Below, one piece after another: positions 21,293 to 34,331 of a stretch of DNA of 34,410 nucleotides. This DNA comes from Octopus bimaculoides (taxonomy: Eukaryota): NCBI RefSeq assembly GCF_001194135.2, contig NC_068984.1:12694313-12728722 (forward strand), read 5' to 3'. The position numbers and the translations under genes are program-made. Every line of letters starts with the position of its first letter. Position 1 is the first letter of the stretch. The notes under the pieces are model-generated. The model did no database searches, had not been told where the DNA came from, and worked only from the letters and a program-made list of their open reading frames with translations.

Positions 21293-21424
21293 ATTCCGCT
21301 AAGGTTGACTTTGCCTTTCATCCTTTCGGGGTCGATAAATTAAGTACCAGTTGCATACTGGGGTCAATCTAATCGACTGGCTCCCTCCCCACAAATTTCG
21401 GGCCTTGCGCCTAGAGTAGAAAAG
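21293..21424 (+). mobile_element. 5'-truncated SINE family C
   Basis: Perfect 19-bp TSD AATTGTGTAATATCTAAAA at 21274-21292 and 21425-21443. Confidence 0.93.
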
Positions 21425-21789
21425 AATTGTGTAATATCTAAAATTCTCTTCTATTGAAAGCATTTAATTTTCAACTTGAAAAACCTGTATGCGCACATTT
21501 TGTTTCTTCGTAAAAACACACTTGTGAAACATGGATTCGAGCAGGATCAGATGATAAGAAAATGGAATATTGCTCACCTCGCATGCGTAAGGAACCCTAT
21601 CCACCTCTGTCTAGGACGGATTTTCTGACAAGAACTTGAGGTCCATTACACTCATAGTGACCCTACGGCGTGCTGTTTCATCTGGAATATTTCTGTCCTC
21701 ATACACTGTTGAAAGATAATCATTGAACCTATATTGAACCTACATTGATAGATAAATAAAGAGATAGATAAATATATAGACAGATAGGC

Positions 21790-22029
21790 ATGCATACATA
21801 TATACATACATACATAGAGACAGACATATATACAAACATGCATGCATACATACATGCATACATACATACATGCGTACATATACGCATATATATAAACGTG
21901 CGTACATACATGTATACATACAAACATGCATGTTTACAAACATACATGCATATATACATGCAAGCAGGCATGTATATTTACAGGCATACATAATGTATAC
22001 ATACGTGCATGAATAGATATATAAGCATA

Positions 22030-22088
<59 letters not shown>

Positions 22089-22587
22089 GCATACCAGCCA
22101 ACTCAGAAAGATCTTAGCATACACACGTAAGTAAAAGCATAGTGCAGGGATGTGCATACATGCAACTATACATATGTATATATCAGAGCTGAGTTGCGTT
22201 AGCAGTTGGAATAACCGTCTAAGGGATAAGAATATTCGTATTTACTACCAGTATCATTTACCTATGTTAACCCTAGGCATGATATACAAACACACTATGC
22301 TCTTAGGGTACAGGTAATGACAGCATAAACAAGAGTTTATCAGTAATAACATTTAAAATAAGCAGAAAATGGAGAAAATTTTTGATCAACAACCAAAACA
22401 AATTGACCATTATCGGTTAGTTATTTTTTAATACAAAACTTAACATTGCTTACGGCCGTTTCGGCTACCAATGTCAGTCGGTGTCTACAAAGAAAGTTCT
22501 GAAAATAATATTCGTCATCTTTATAACACATTTGATTTGAACAAGGAACTGATGAAGCTCCAGTACTAGATCGAATGTGTGTGTGTG

Positions 22588-22673
<86 letters not shown>

Positions 22674-23415
22674 AATACATGTAAACATACATATATGCAT
22701 AGAAATATACATCCATATAGACGTACATACATATTCATACAATCTTATGCTTTGATATATACATATCCATACATAAAAACATACATACATGCCTAAAACA
22801 TGCACACATACACACACACACACACACACATAATTGCATACGAATATACATACTTACGTTTATACAAGCATACACATACGTACATGTTGGGTATTAAAGA
22901 GGAGTTGATACGTCTTTCTCAGTGTATGTGCGTGTGTGTGTTTGTGTGTGTGTTTATGTGTGTGTGTGCCTACGCATGTTCGTGTGTATGTGAATGTAGA
23001 TGTATATGTGTATAGTGCATATATGTATGGGTGTGTGTTTGTGTTACAGTTTTTTAGAATATAACTTCGATGCAATGGCGGGCGTTTCAGTATCTGATTA
23101 GCTGAACACAGTTAAATATTCAGCGTGTTTACACGATTTATGGGCTTTGCGATTATGTCTGTGTAAGTGTGAGTGTTTTTGTGTGCGTGTGAATGAGTTT
23201 GTGTGTCTGCGCCTGTGTATATGCGTTTGTGTGTGCGTATGTGTGTTGGCTAAACGATGTATGCGTCTCTATTTAGAAATATGAACATACTTTAATAATG
23301 TGGATGCATATTTGAGTAAATAACAGTATAACACGTAGTTTTATACACTCAAGAAAATATAGACTTCTGATGTTTGTGATTTGTGTGTATGTATGTGTGC
23401 TTGTGCGAGTATCTC

Positions 23416-23472
<57 letters not shown>

Positions 23473-23530
23473 ATCCCCCTCTCTCTCTCTCTATCTATCT
23501 ATCATCTCTCTCTCTCTCTATCTATCTATA
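21790..23530. repeat. Cluster of (TA)n, (CA)n, (CATA)n and (TATC)n microsatellites and their decay products
   Basis: Directly visible. Confidence 0.9.
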
Positions 23531-24004
23531 TTTATATATTTACATAAATACATAAATACATAGAAATGCAACACACGTATATGTGTGTGTTTGATGTTTG
23601 CAATATATATTCGCTAATATATATGCTCATACTGGGAATTCAACTGCGTAGATATGTATTCATTAAATACACACATTTCTCTCTCTATATATACATATAT
23701 AGTTGTGTACACGCATATACACAATATGCACACATAAATAAATATAGTCTGCATGGACAACAAACTTCAGATGTTTATTTATGCATTACGCAGCGATGGC
23801 GGTGGTTGGCAGTGTATGCGTGTGTATGTGTATGTTATGTTGCTCGTACGTGTGTATGTGTGTTATGTGTGCGCGTGTTGCTTTACGAAAATGTTGTTAA
23901 TTAGAGTGAACATACAATTAACTAAGATCTAGACTACAAAATAGAACGACTGACAAACGTAATTAAAACAAGATGGCATTGGAATCTCGTGGTAAACAAT
24001 TTAC

Positions 24005-25275
24005 TGGTAGTGGTGGTGGTGGTGTTGGATGTTAAGGTATATAGGTAATGCCGATGCTGTTGATGATGATGGTGGTGGTGGTGGAGCTGATGGTGTTGTT
24101 GAAGAATATGGTGACGGTGGTGTAGCTGGTGGTAGGAGCGATGGTAGTGGTGGTGGTGGTGGTGGTGGTGTTGGGGGTGAAGTTCATATCGGGAGTGCTG
24201 AAAATAGTTGTGGTGATAGTGCGTGTGGTAATAGTGTAAGTAGTATTGGTCATGGTGGGAATGATGGTGGTGGTGGTGGTGAAAGGCGTAGTAATAATAG
24301 CGGCGGGGGAAATAGTGGGGAGGGTGTTGTAGTTTGCAGGGGGGAAAAACTGTGCAGGTGGCAGTACTGTCCATGTTAATGGTGAAGCCGGTGGTGGCGT
24401 AGGTGTTGGTGGTCATGTTGGTGATGGTAGTTGTAGTGGTGGCTGTAGTGGTAGAGCTGTTAGGGGTGTAGTTGTATGAGTGATAACTAACTCTGGTGAC
24501 GTTCATGGTGGAGGTGGTGGTAGTTGTGGTGGTGATGGTGGTGGTGGCTTTAGTGGTATTTGCGGTTGTGGTAGTGGTCGTAGAGGTAGTGGTGATGGTG
24601 TTAGTAGTGGTGGTAGTAGTAGTTGTGGTGGTTGTGGTGGTGTAGTGGATGTGGTCGTGGTGGTGGCAGTGGTGGTGTAGTGGTGGTGGTGGTGGTAGTG
24701 GTCGTAGAGGTGTTTGTGATGGGGGTAGTAGTGGTAGTGGTGGTAGTGGTGGTGGTAGATGTAGTTGTGAACGTAGTAGTAGCGTAGTAGAGGTTGTAGT
24801 AGAATAGTGGTAGTTGTAGTGGTGATGGTGGTGGTGGCTTTAGTGGTAGTGGTGGTGTAGTGTATGTAGTAGTGTTGGTGGCAGTGGTGGTGTAGTGATG
24901 GTGGTATTAGTGGTGGAAGTGGTGGTAGTGATAGTGGTAATGGTAGTTGGGGTGGTAGTTAGTGGTGTAGTGGAGATAGTAATGGTGGTGGCAGTGATGG
25001 TGGTAGTGGTGGTGGTTAGTGGTGGTGGTGGTGGTTAGTGGTGGTGGTGGTGGTAGATGTAGTGGTGGTGGTGGTAGTGGTGGCGGTGGTGGTGGCCGTT
25101 ATGTTGTCTGATCCTTTTGTTGGTAACGATAAAGATGAATGATATTACCGCTGACGTTGATAATGTCGACCATAACCAACAATGCTGCTGCCGTTGCTGC
25201 TGATGCTGCGCTACTGGTGATGACGGTGACGACGACGGTGAATACGACGACGATGATGGTGATGATGATGATAAT
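24005..25275. repeat. Long degenerate (GGT/AGT/GAT)n trinucleotide low-complexity tract
   Basis: Directly visible. It generates the Gly/Val/His/Thr-rich pseudo-ORFs in the track. Confidence 0.95.
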
Positions 25276-25389
25276 TATTAGTACAAGTGGTGATTATTGT
25301 AGATGTTTAAAGATATATTGCTTGCGGTTTTGGTGTCGTATACTCCCCACACACACATACACACAAACACATAGATTTGTATGCATGCA

Positions 25390-25433
<44 letters not shown>

Positions 25434-26186
25434 NNNNNNNNNNNNNNNNNNNNNNNNNNNNNNNNNNNNNNNNNNNNNNNNNNNNNNNNNNNNNNNNNNN
25501 NNNNNNNNNNNNNNNNNNNNNNNNNNNNNNNNNNNNNNNNNNNNNNNNNNNNNNNNNNNNNNNNNNNNNNNNNNNNNNNNNNNNNNNNNATATATATATT
25601 TATATATATAAATATATACTTACATAAACCTATATACACATGTGTACATCTATTTATATTATATTCATACATACATACATGTAAATATATGTGCGTGCAT
25701 GAGAAAGAGAAAGAGAGAGAGGGAGAGAGAGAAAGAGAGAGAGAGATAGGGGTAAGAACGAAAATAAAAGAAGCAAAAACAAAGGAAAAAAAGCAAGACA
25801 ATAGGATCGCAAACTAAATTATTCAGTTGACGCTTGAACAAGATTTAATGATAATGTTTCGGGCATTGTTCTTCTTGGAGGATGGTGAGTGGAAAAAAAG
25901 GAAGAAAAGATGAGGAATAAATAACACTAAGAGGAAAAGTTGAAGTGAAGTAGCCCATGCGTGTTGCTACTTTTACATAGCGGCCATCCAGTTAACCAGC
26001 CTCTACGTATCCGAGAGGAAGTGTTTTGTTTCTTGTTTCAGCGAAAACGAACTAAACTAGCTAGTCTGTTCCAGAGGACATTCCGGCTGGGGACTACCAT
26101 AGAAATTTTGTAGATGTCCTTGACCTGGCAGTGCTACTGAGGGGCGCTACCAGTTCGAGATGAAGCGCACAGGCACGGATGTACTA

Positions 26187-26600
26187 TCATATGGACTTGT
26201 CCGTGGTGCGCGCAAAGGGACGAAACTGTTCAGTGTCCGGACATTGCTGACTTGTGGAATTATGTCGAACAGCTGTGTCATCTATTCGTTGTCGACGATT
26301 ACTGTCATTCATTGGACCGAATAGATAAAAATAAAAGGGAACCAAATTCACGCTACACGGTTGAGAGAGGGCCATCTGATGGCTTTAATTTGTCATTTGC
26401 CTGATTCGTTGTCCACAAATGTATGAGATCATACATTGTCTTGGTGAATATGGATCATTTTCAGATATTTTTTCGGTCTGTTCTTCCCAATGATTTCTCT
26501 AAAGTTTTTCAAGGTTTTTCATTCTACCTCAAGCCTTCGCTGTATAGCCAAGAAAATTCAGGGGAATGACGTCCTTATACGAAAAAACTCTCACCGTCAT
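26187..26600 (-). pseudogene. Fossil mariner transposase, catalytic (DD34D) domain fragment
   Basis: Minus frames read MTVRVFSYKDVIPLNFL, KTLKNFREIIGKNRPKKYLKMIHIHQDNV*SHT (HDNARPH motif, 26435-26446) and LSQPCSVNLVPFYFYLFGPMNDSNRRQR (HPPYSPDLAPSDFHLFGP motif, 26337-26360). The motifs are in the correct order, with stops and frameshifts. Confidence 0.8.
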
Positions 26601-26706
26601 ATTTTCTGCCGATCGCTGGCAAAAAGGGAATGTGACGCTATTCTATGGACTGCGGCAGGCATTCATAAATACATACGTGCGTGTATGTGTGAGTGTGGGG
26701 GAGAAT

Positions 26707-26825
<119 letters not shown>

Positions 26826-26930
26826 AGAGATGAAGAGAGAGGGAAAGATAAAGGAGAGAGGGAGTGAGAGAGAAAACAGTTTTGTTTGAAACATTTTGAA
26901 GACACGATCATGTTAGTGTTATACTATACC

Positions 26931-27285
26931 AAGGCGGCGAGCTGGAGGTCGACTTTGCCTTTCATCCTTTCGGGGTCGATAAACTAAGTACCAGTTACCC
27001 ACTGGGGTCGATGTAATCGACTTAACCCTTTTGTCTGTCCTTGTTCGTCCCCCCTATATTTAGCCCCTTGTGGGAAATAAAGAAATAAGAAACGTTAGCA
27101 CGCCGGGCGAAATGCTTAGCGGTATTTCGTCTGCCGGTACGTTCTGAGTTAAAATTCCGCCGAGATCAACTTTGCCTTTCATCCTTTCGGGGTCGATAAA
27201 TTAAGTACCAGTTGCGTACTGGTCTCGATCTAATCGACTGGCCCCCTCCCACAAAATTTGGGGTCTTGTGCCTGGAGTAGAAAAA
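26931..27285 (+). mobile_element. Dimeric SINE (C' with a head deletion, then C body) inside one TSD
   Basis: Perfect 14-bp TSD TGTTATACTATACC at 26917-26930 and 27286-27299. Junction GAAATAA|GAAACGTTAGCACG. Confidence 0.92.
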
Positions 27286-27706
27286 TGTTATACTATACCT
27301 TAATCAAGATTTTCCATATTTCCTTGTTGTTTGGACGTATACTTTCGTTGAGACTATCAACGAGTCAAATGTTTCTGAGACCTATCTTCTGAAGGAAATC
27401 TGGATTATAATGATATACATTTTTACCATCTCTTCAATGCAACACACGCGTATATGTATATACAAACCTGGAGAATCTACAAGAATAGATGCAAGCGCTA
27501 ATTTATAAAAAACATGTGACATATTAATAAAAATTTGTAAATGTACAACCATCCAGATATCTGAGTACCTTATTATTTTTTCTAATATATAATTCCTGTA
27601 CATCACCTCCAAACCTTCTGTCTTGTTCTCACTGTCCTGTTCTTGTTAACACTTTAACCATCTGCAAAAAATTCCAAATTTTATTTAATTTGCTTTGCGG
27701 GAAGGA

Positions 27707-27764
27707 CTGTTCCAACGAAGTCGCATATTGTCCTTGCCTTCGAAACGCGGTGTAGATGGAACAG
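27707..27764 (+). ncRNA. Degenerate type I hammerhead remnant with the core CUG lost
   Basis: CTGTTCCA (27707-27714) and TGGAACAG (27757-27764) form a perfect 8-bp helix I. It encloses ACGA-AG...TGCCTTC-GAAAC-GCGGT-GTA. Confidence 0.45.
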
Positions 27765-27989
27765 GGACAACTGATGAAGGGTTATACTCTTTATGCTGCA
27801 TGTCTCGTTTCTCTGTTTGTTTTTTTTTCGTTGTTCGAAAAAAGTTCGTCCTCTGTTTACGTTTTTATGTTTTCGTTTCTCATTGTGTTTAACGTTTTTG
27901 TGTGATGTCGTGTACCCATATATGCATTTATGTATACATATAGATGTAGGTATGTACATATATGTATGGATATATGCATATAATTATAT

Positions 27990-28037
27990 ATTATTTATAT
28001 TTATATATATATATATATATGTGTGTATATATATATG

Positions 28038-28068
<31 letters not shown>

Positions 28069-28148
28069 GTAAATATATGATATTGAAGAGATGTCAGAAA
28101 ATAAATATACGTTTCTATGCGCACGCGCGTGTATGTTTGTATGTGTGT

Positions 28149-28212
<64 letters not shown>

Positions 28213-28318
28213 NNNNNNNNNNNNNNNNNNNNNNNNNNNNNNNNNNNNNNNNNNNNNNNNNNNNNNNNNNNNNNNNNNNNNNNNNNNNNNNNNNNNNNNN
28301 NNNNNNNNNNNNNNNNNN

Positions 28319-28392
<74 letters not shown>

Positions 28393-28733
28393 ACAAACAC
28401 AACACACACACACGCATACATACGCACCCATGCATATTTGTTGAAAAACTGAAAGTTGTAACGTAAATTTCAGGACTCCAGCTGTTACATTGGAATACTA
28501 GTGGAAAGCTCTCTCGTAGTATCACCATGCGGTTATGTGTTATAACCACGGAGCGATCGCAACACTGATCATCCACCACGATATAATGTTTTATATGTGT
28601 GTACGTGTGTGCGTTGGTATGTGTATGTGCGTGCGTTCGTGCCTGTGTGCGTGCGTGTTTGTGCGTGCGTGTTTGTGTGTATGGATGGTCAGTTGGCATT
28701 TCTGCAATCCGAGAAAGAGAAATNNNNNNNNNN

Positions 28734-28776
<43 letters not shown>

Positions 28777-28921
28777 TACTTGTAAGTCTTCGTGTATGCG
28801 TTTGAATAACGGTTAAATGTAATGGCATGTAAACGATTTTCTGGTAGGGAATTCTACAGTCGATGAAGTCGGCTCCAAAATATTTCTCTTTCTCGGATTG
28901 CAGAAATGCCAACTGACCATC

Positions 28922-28973
<52 letters not shown>
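27990..28973. repeat. (TA)n/(GT)n/(AC)n cluster around two gaps
   Basis: Directly visible. Confidence 0.9.
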
Positions 28974-29807
28974 NNNNNNNNNNNNNNNNNNNNNNNNNNN
29001 NNNNNNNNNNNNNNNNNNNNNNNNNNNNNNNNNNNNNNNNNNNNNNNNNNNNNNNNNNNNNNNNNNNNNNNNNNNNNNNNNNNNNNNNNNNNNNNNNNNN
29101 NNNNNNNNNNNNNNNNNNNNNNNNNNNNNNNNNNNNNNNNNNNNNNNNNNNNNNNNNNNNNNNNNNNNNNNNNNNNNNNNNNNNNNNNNNNNNNNNNNNN
29201 NNNNNNNNNNNNNNNNNNNNNNNNNNNNNNNNNNNNNNNNNNNNNNNNNNNNNNNNNNNNNNNNNNNNNNNNNNNNNNNNNNNNNNNNNNNNNNNNNNNN
29301 NNNNNNNNNNNNNNNNNNNNNNNNNNNNNNNNNNNNNNNNNNNNNNNNNNNNNNNNNNNNNNNNNNNNNNNNNNNNNNNNNNNNNNNNNNNNNNNNNNNN
29401 NNNNNNNNNNNNNNNNNNNNNNNNNNNNNNNNNNNNNNNNNNNNNNNNNNNNNNNNNNNNNNNNNNNNNNNNNNNNNNNNNNNNNNNNNNNNNNNNNNNN
29501 NNNNNNNNNNNNNNNNNNNNNNNNNNNNNNNNNNNNNNNNNNNNNNNNNNNNNNNNNNNNNNNNNNNNNNNNNNNNNNNNNNNNNNNNNNNNNNNNNNNN
29601 NNNNNNNNNNNNNNNNNNNNNNNNNNNNNNNNNNNNNNNNNNNNNNNNNNNNNNNNNNNNNNNNNNNNNNNNNNNNNNNNNNNNNNNNNNNNNNNNNNNN
29701 NNNNNNNNNNNNNNNNNNNNNNNNNNNNNNNNNNNNNNNNNNNNNNNNNNNNNNNNNNNNNNNNNNNNNNNNNNNNNNNNNNNNNNNNNNNNNNNNNNNN
29801 NNNNNNN

Positions 29808-30444
29808 TGGAGGTGGTGACGACGGCGGCGGCGGCGGTGGTGGTGGTGGTGGTGGTGGTCTGGAATGGTGGTGTTGGCGATGGTGGTAGTAGCACTAGTG
29901 GGGGTGTTGGTGCTGGTGCTGGTGATGGTGATGGCAGTGGTGGTTGTGATAGCGGCGGTGGCGGCGGTGTTGATGGTGACGTTGATGATGGTGTTGGTGG
30001 TTGTGCTGATGATGGTAGTGATGGTTGTGATGGCGTCGATGGTGGCGGTGTTGATGGTGGTAGTGGTGGTGATAGCAGTGGTGGTGATGGTGGTAGTGGG
30101 AATGATGGTAATGGTGCTGGCGAAGGTGGTGGTGGTTCGGTGGTAATGGTGGTTGTAGTAGTGGTAATATTAGCACTAGTAAGGTAGCAGTGGTGGTGGT
30201 TGCTTGTGGTAGTAGTAACAGTCTTAGCAATAATCATGTTGGTGGTGGTCAAGGAAGGGATAGTGGTGGTTGTAGTTGGACGATGGTGTTACAGTGGTAG
30301 TAGTGTAAGTAATAGTTGTTGTAGTAATAGCCATAATACTGATGGTGGTGGTGGTAGTACTAGTAGTAGTAGAAGCAGTAATAGTAGTAGTAGTAGTAGT
30401 AGCATTAGCAGCAGCATTAGCAGCAGCAGCAGCAGCAGCAGCAA

Positions 30445-30476
<32 letters not shown>

Positions 30477-30515
30477 GTAGTAGTAGTAGTAGTGGCAGTG
30501 GTGGTAGTGATGGTA
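29808..30515. repeat. Second degenerate (GGT/GGC/AGT/AGC)n tract
   Basis: Directly visible. Source of the Pro/Gly/Ser-rich pseudo-ORFs. Confidence 0.95.
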
Positions 30516-30585
30516 ATTTTGCGGTGGTATATTTCAGAAATAAAGGGTGGAGATATTTCCTATTTGAATGATGGACTCCGGAGGC

Positions 30586-30589
<4 letters not shown>

Positions 30590-30646
<57 letters not shown>

Positions 30647-30878
30647 NNNNNNNNNNNNNNNNNNNNNNNNNNNNNNNNNNNNNNNNNNNNNNNNNNNNNN
30701 NNNNNNNNNNNNNNNNNNNNNNNNNNNNNNNNNNNNNNNNNNNNNNNNNNNNNNNNNNNNNNNNNNNNNNNNNNNNNNNNNNNNNNNNNNNNNNNNNNNN
30801 NNNNNNNNNNNNNNNNNNNNNNNNNNNNNNNNNNNNNNNNNNNNNNNNNNNNNNNNNNNNNNNNNNNNNNNNNNNNNN

Positions 30879-30930
<52 letters not shown>

Positions 30931-31023
30931 AGATAGACAGATAGAAAGATAGAGGAGGCGAGACAGAGAGATAAAGAGAGGGAGAAAGAAAGAGAAAACT
31001 GTTGGACACAAGTAGAAAGCAAA

Positions 31024-31055
<32 letters not shown>

Positions 31056-31246
31056 GATGGTGAAAAAATCGAATTTGCTTAAAAAACAAATATATCAAAA
31101 TGTCTGCACGCTCTCAAAGCTTGCTTCAAGACACAAACACGCGCACATTATACGACATGCACACAATCACACAGGTACATACACACATGCACATACGCAA
31201 ATACATACAGGTACACGCATATACGTATACATACATACATACACAC

Positions 31247-31280
<34 letters not shown>

Positions 31281-31307
31281 GTAACATTATGGAGCTATTT
31301 AAAATTA

Positions 31308-31367
<60 letters not shown>

Positions 31368-31563
31368 GTTTGTGTGTGCGCATATATCAATGCACGCACA
31401 TTCCTTCGGCATTAGATGTATGTCTACATTAAATTTCTTTATTTTTACACGTGATTTACACCGGCACGTGACCTGTCCCACATGGCGGCATGGCATGCGA
31501 GGAGCAGTTTTCTGTTTGTTGCCTTCAATGTTTTGTTAACTGACGCCTCCTTCTTCCTCATCG

Positions 31564-31618
<55 letters not shown>

Positions 31619-32263
31619 TATTGTTGTTGTTGTTGTTTTCCAAACACTGTTTAAATTGCTACATAAAATCGAGAAAACTGAACTCAGGTGACAGAGATGT
31701 CGTCAGTGGTGGATGCTGTTGGATGTGGTGGCCTTTGATGGAGGTTTTGTATGTGTCTGAGTATGTGCATGTGTCTGTGTGTGCTAGTGTGCGTGTGATG
31801 GTGTAAATATGTCCATGCATGTGTGCATGTGTGTGCGTGTACATTGCGCATTTGTATGTGTGTAATTGCGAAAGAGCTTATACATGTGTGCATGTATATA
31901 AAATGAATGATGCATGTGTAATCGTATGAGGATGTGTGTGTGTGTTTGTATGTGGCTGTTCCTGTACCTTCAGTATGCATGTGTGTTTATGTGTAAGTAT
32001 GTATACGTGAGAGAAATGTGTGCGTGTCTATGTGTGTGGGAGTGCTGATGTATGCATGTTCGTGCGTAAAACGAGTGATACATGTATGTGTGTACTCATT
32101 TGCATTTCTTCGCATTTCTTTCCGTGTGTGTATGCGTGACAAGTAGTGCGCATGCGTGTCTGTTAGTCAGAAGTTCTTGCGTATATCGAGAGATATATAC
32201 ACATATATACGTATACACCAACACCTATATATATGTGTATGTGTGTATGTGTATATATATATG

Positions 32264-32312
<49 letters not shown>

Positions 32313-32341
32313 TTTTCTATGTATGTATGTATGTATGTATG

Positions 32342-32386
<45 letters not shown>

Positions 32387-33014
32387 GAAAATATATACAT
32401 GTATATGTGTGTATATATGTATATATTTCTACATGTTTATGTACGTTTATGCGTAAAACAAATTGAGAATGTACGAGTATATATTTGTTCACGTCTGTGA
32501 GTAAGTGCGCCCGCGAGTGTATATATGTGTGCGTGTATGCTTGTGTGTGCGCAAGAGGAGGGACAAGGTTTGGTTCGGTGTTGGCTATAAAGCACATGTC
32601 ACGCGGTCCTTGTGGCTTCCTATTCTTCGCGAAACACAGCTCTGACTGTCAGTGGCATTTCAGCGAACCGGAAGTTCAGTGACACGACAAACGCTTTGCA
32701 TTTCTAAGCTATACGTCATGCGAAACACTGAAGCCAAACATGGACACAGAGAAACTTTTCTCGTCTTACTTGAAACTACCTCCACCCATTCCTCTCCTCT
32801 TCTGCTCCCCACCTCTCTCTCTCTACACCCTCTCTGTCTATACCTTCTCTCAACACGCCTCCCTCTCTATGTCTTTGTTCGTTTCTTTCCTTCTGTCTTT
32901 CACTCATTTTCGTTCATACATACATACATACACACATACATACACACACATACACACATATATATATATATATACACATATATATATACTTCTGTATATA
33001 TATGTATATATCTA

Positions 33015-33057
<43 letters not shown>

Positions 33058-34046
33058 NNNNNNNNNNNNNNNNNNNNNNNNNNNNNNNNNNNNNNNNNNN
33101 NNNNNNNNNNNNNNNNNNNNNNNNNNNNNNNNNNNNNNNNNNNNNNNNNNNNNNNNNNNNNNNNNNNNNNNNNNNNNNNNNNNNNNNNNNNNNNNNNNNN
33201 NNNNNNNNNNNNNNNNNNNNNNNNNNNNNNNNNNNNNNNNNNNNNNNNNNNNNNNNNNNNNNNNNNNNNNNNNNNNNNNNNNNNNNNNNNNNNNNNNNNN
33301 NNNNNNNNNNNNNNNNNNNNNNNNNNNNNNNNNNNNNNNNNNNNNNNNNNNNNNNNNNNNNNNNNNNNNNNNNNNNNNNNNNNNNNNNNNNNNNNNNNNN
33401 NNNNNNNNNNNNNNNNNNNNNNNNNNNNNNNNNNNNNNNNNNNNNNNNNNNNNNNNNNNNNNNNNNNNNNNNNNNNNNNNNNNNNNNNNNNNNNNNNNNN
33501 NNNNNNNNNNNNNNNNNNNNNNNNNNNNNNNNNNNNNNNNNNNNNNNNNNNNNNNNNNNNNNNNNNNNNNNNNNNNNNNNNNNNNNNNNNNNNNNNNNNN
33601 NNNNNNNNNNNNNNNNNNNNNNNNNNNNNNNNNNNNNNNNNNNNNNNNNNNNNNNNNNNNNNNNNNNNNNNNNNNNNNNNNNNNNNNNNNNNNNNNNNNN
33701 NNNNNNNNNNNNNNNGTTTACATATATGCATATTACCATATGTATATGTATATCGCTACATATATGTGTGAGTATATATTTTTACACACACACACACGCA
33801 CACACACACACATAGCTGTATATAATGTTTATTCAAAATATTTAATTTTTTCTCGAACTGCATACAATGGGGTAATATATTTTCCACAATAGCAATAAAA
33901 TTATGGCAGCAAAACAAACAAACAAATAAATTCCCACAATGCAAACAAACTCAGGGAACGGGCGCGTGCGGTTATAAATATGCGTGTAAATATGTGTATT
34001 GGTGTTCGTGTGTATGTGCGCCTGTTTTTGTGTGCATGTGTGCATT

Positions 34047-34093
<47 letters not shown>

Positions 34094-34299
34094 TTATCTA
34101 TATATTTGTGTGTATGCACTTGTAGATATTGAAATACAAAGCAACTGAAATATAAGATGTTCACTTTCATATGGGCAAGCGCGCACACACCGCGCGCGCG
34201 TACACGTTTTCAAGCGCATATGCCCGCTTGTACACTCGCTTAGAATTGCAATTTTAATTTCCGTGTATACATATACGTATGTGTGTGCATATATATATC

Positions 34300-34331
<32 letters not shown>

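Noticed and set aside
21540-21720. Possible mariner C-terminal remnant on the minus strand
   Set aside because: It needs several frameshifts to resemble the motif and no TIR was found.
28140-28390. (GT)n-gap-(AC)n inverted arrangement
   Set aside because: It spans an unresolved gap, so the orientation may be a scaffolding artefact.
28681-28924. Perfect 43-bp inverted repeat (28681-28723 / 28882-28924) resembling a MITE or hairpin
   Set aside because: One arm ends exactly at a 10-N gap and both arms abut (GT)n/(AC)n. This is most simply a mis-oriented overlapping contig. Long reads would settle it.
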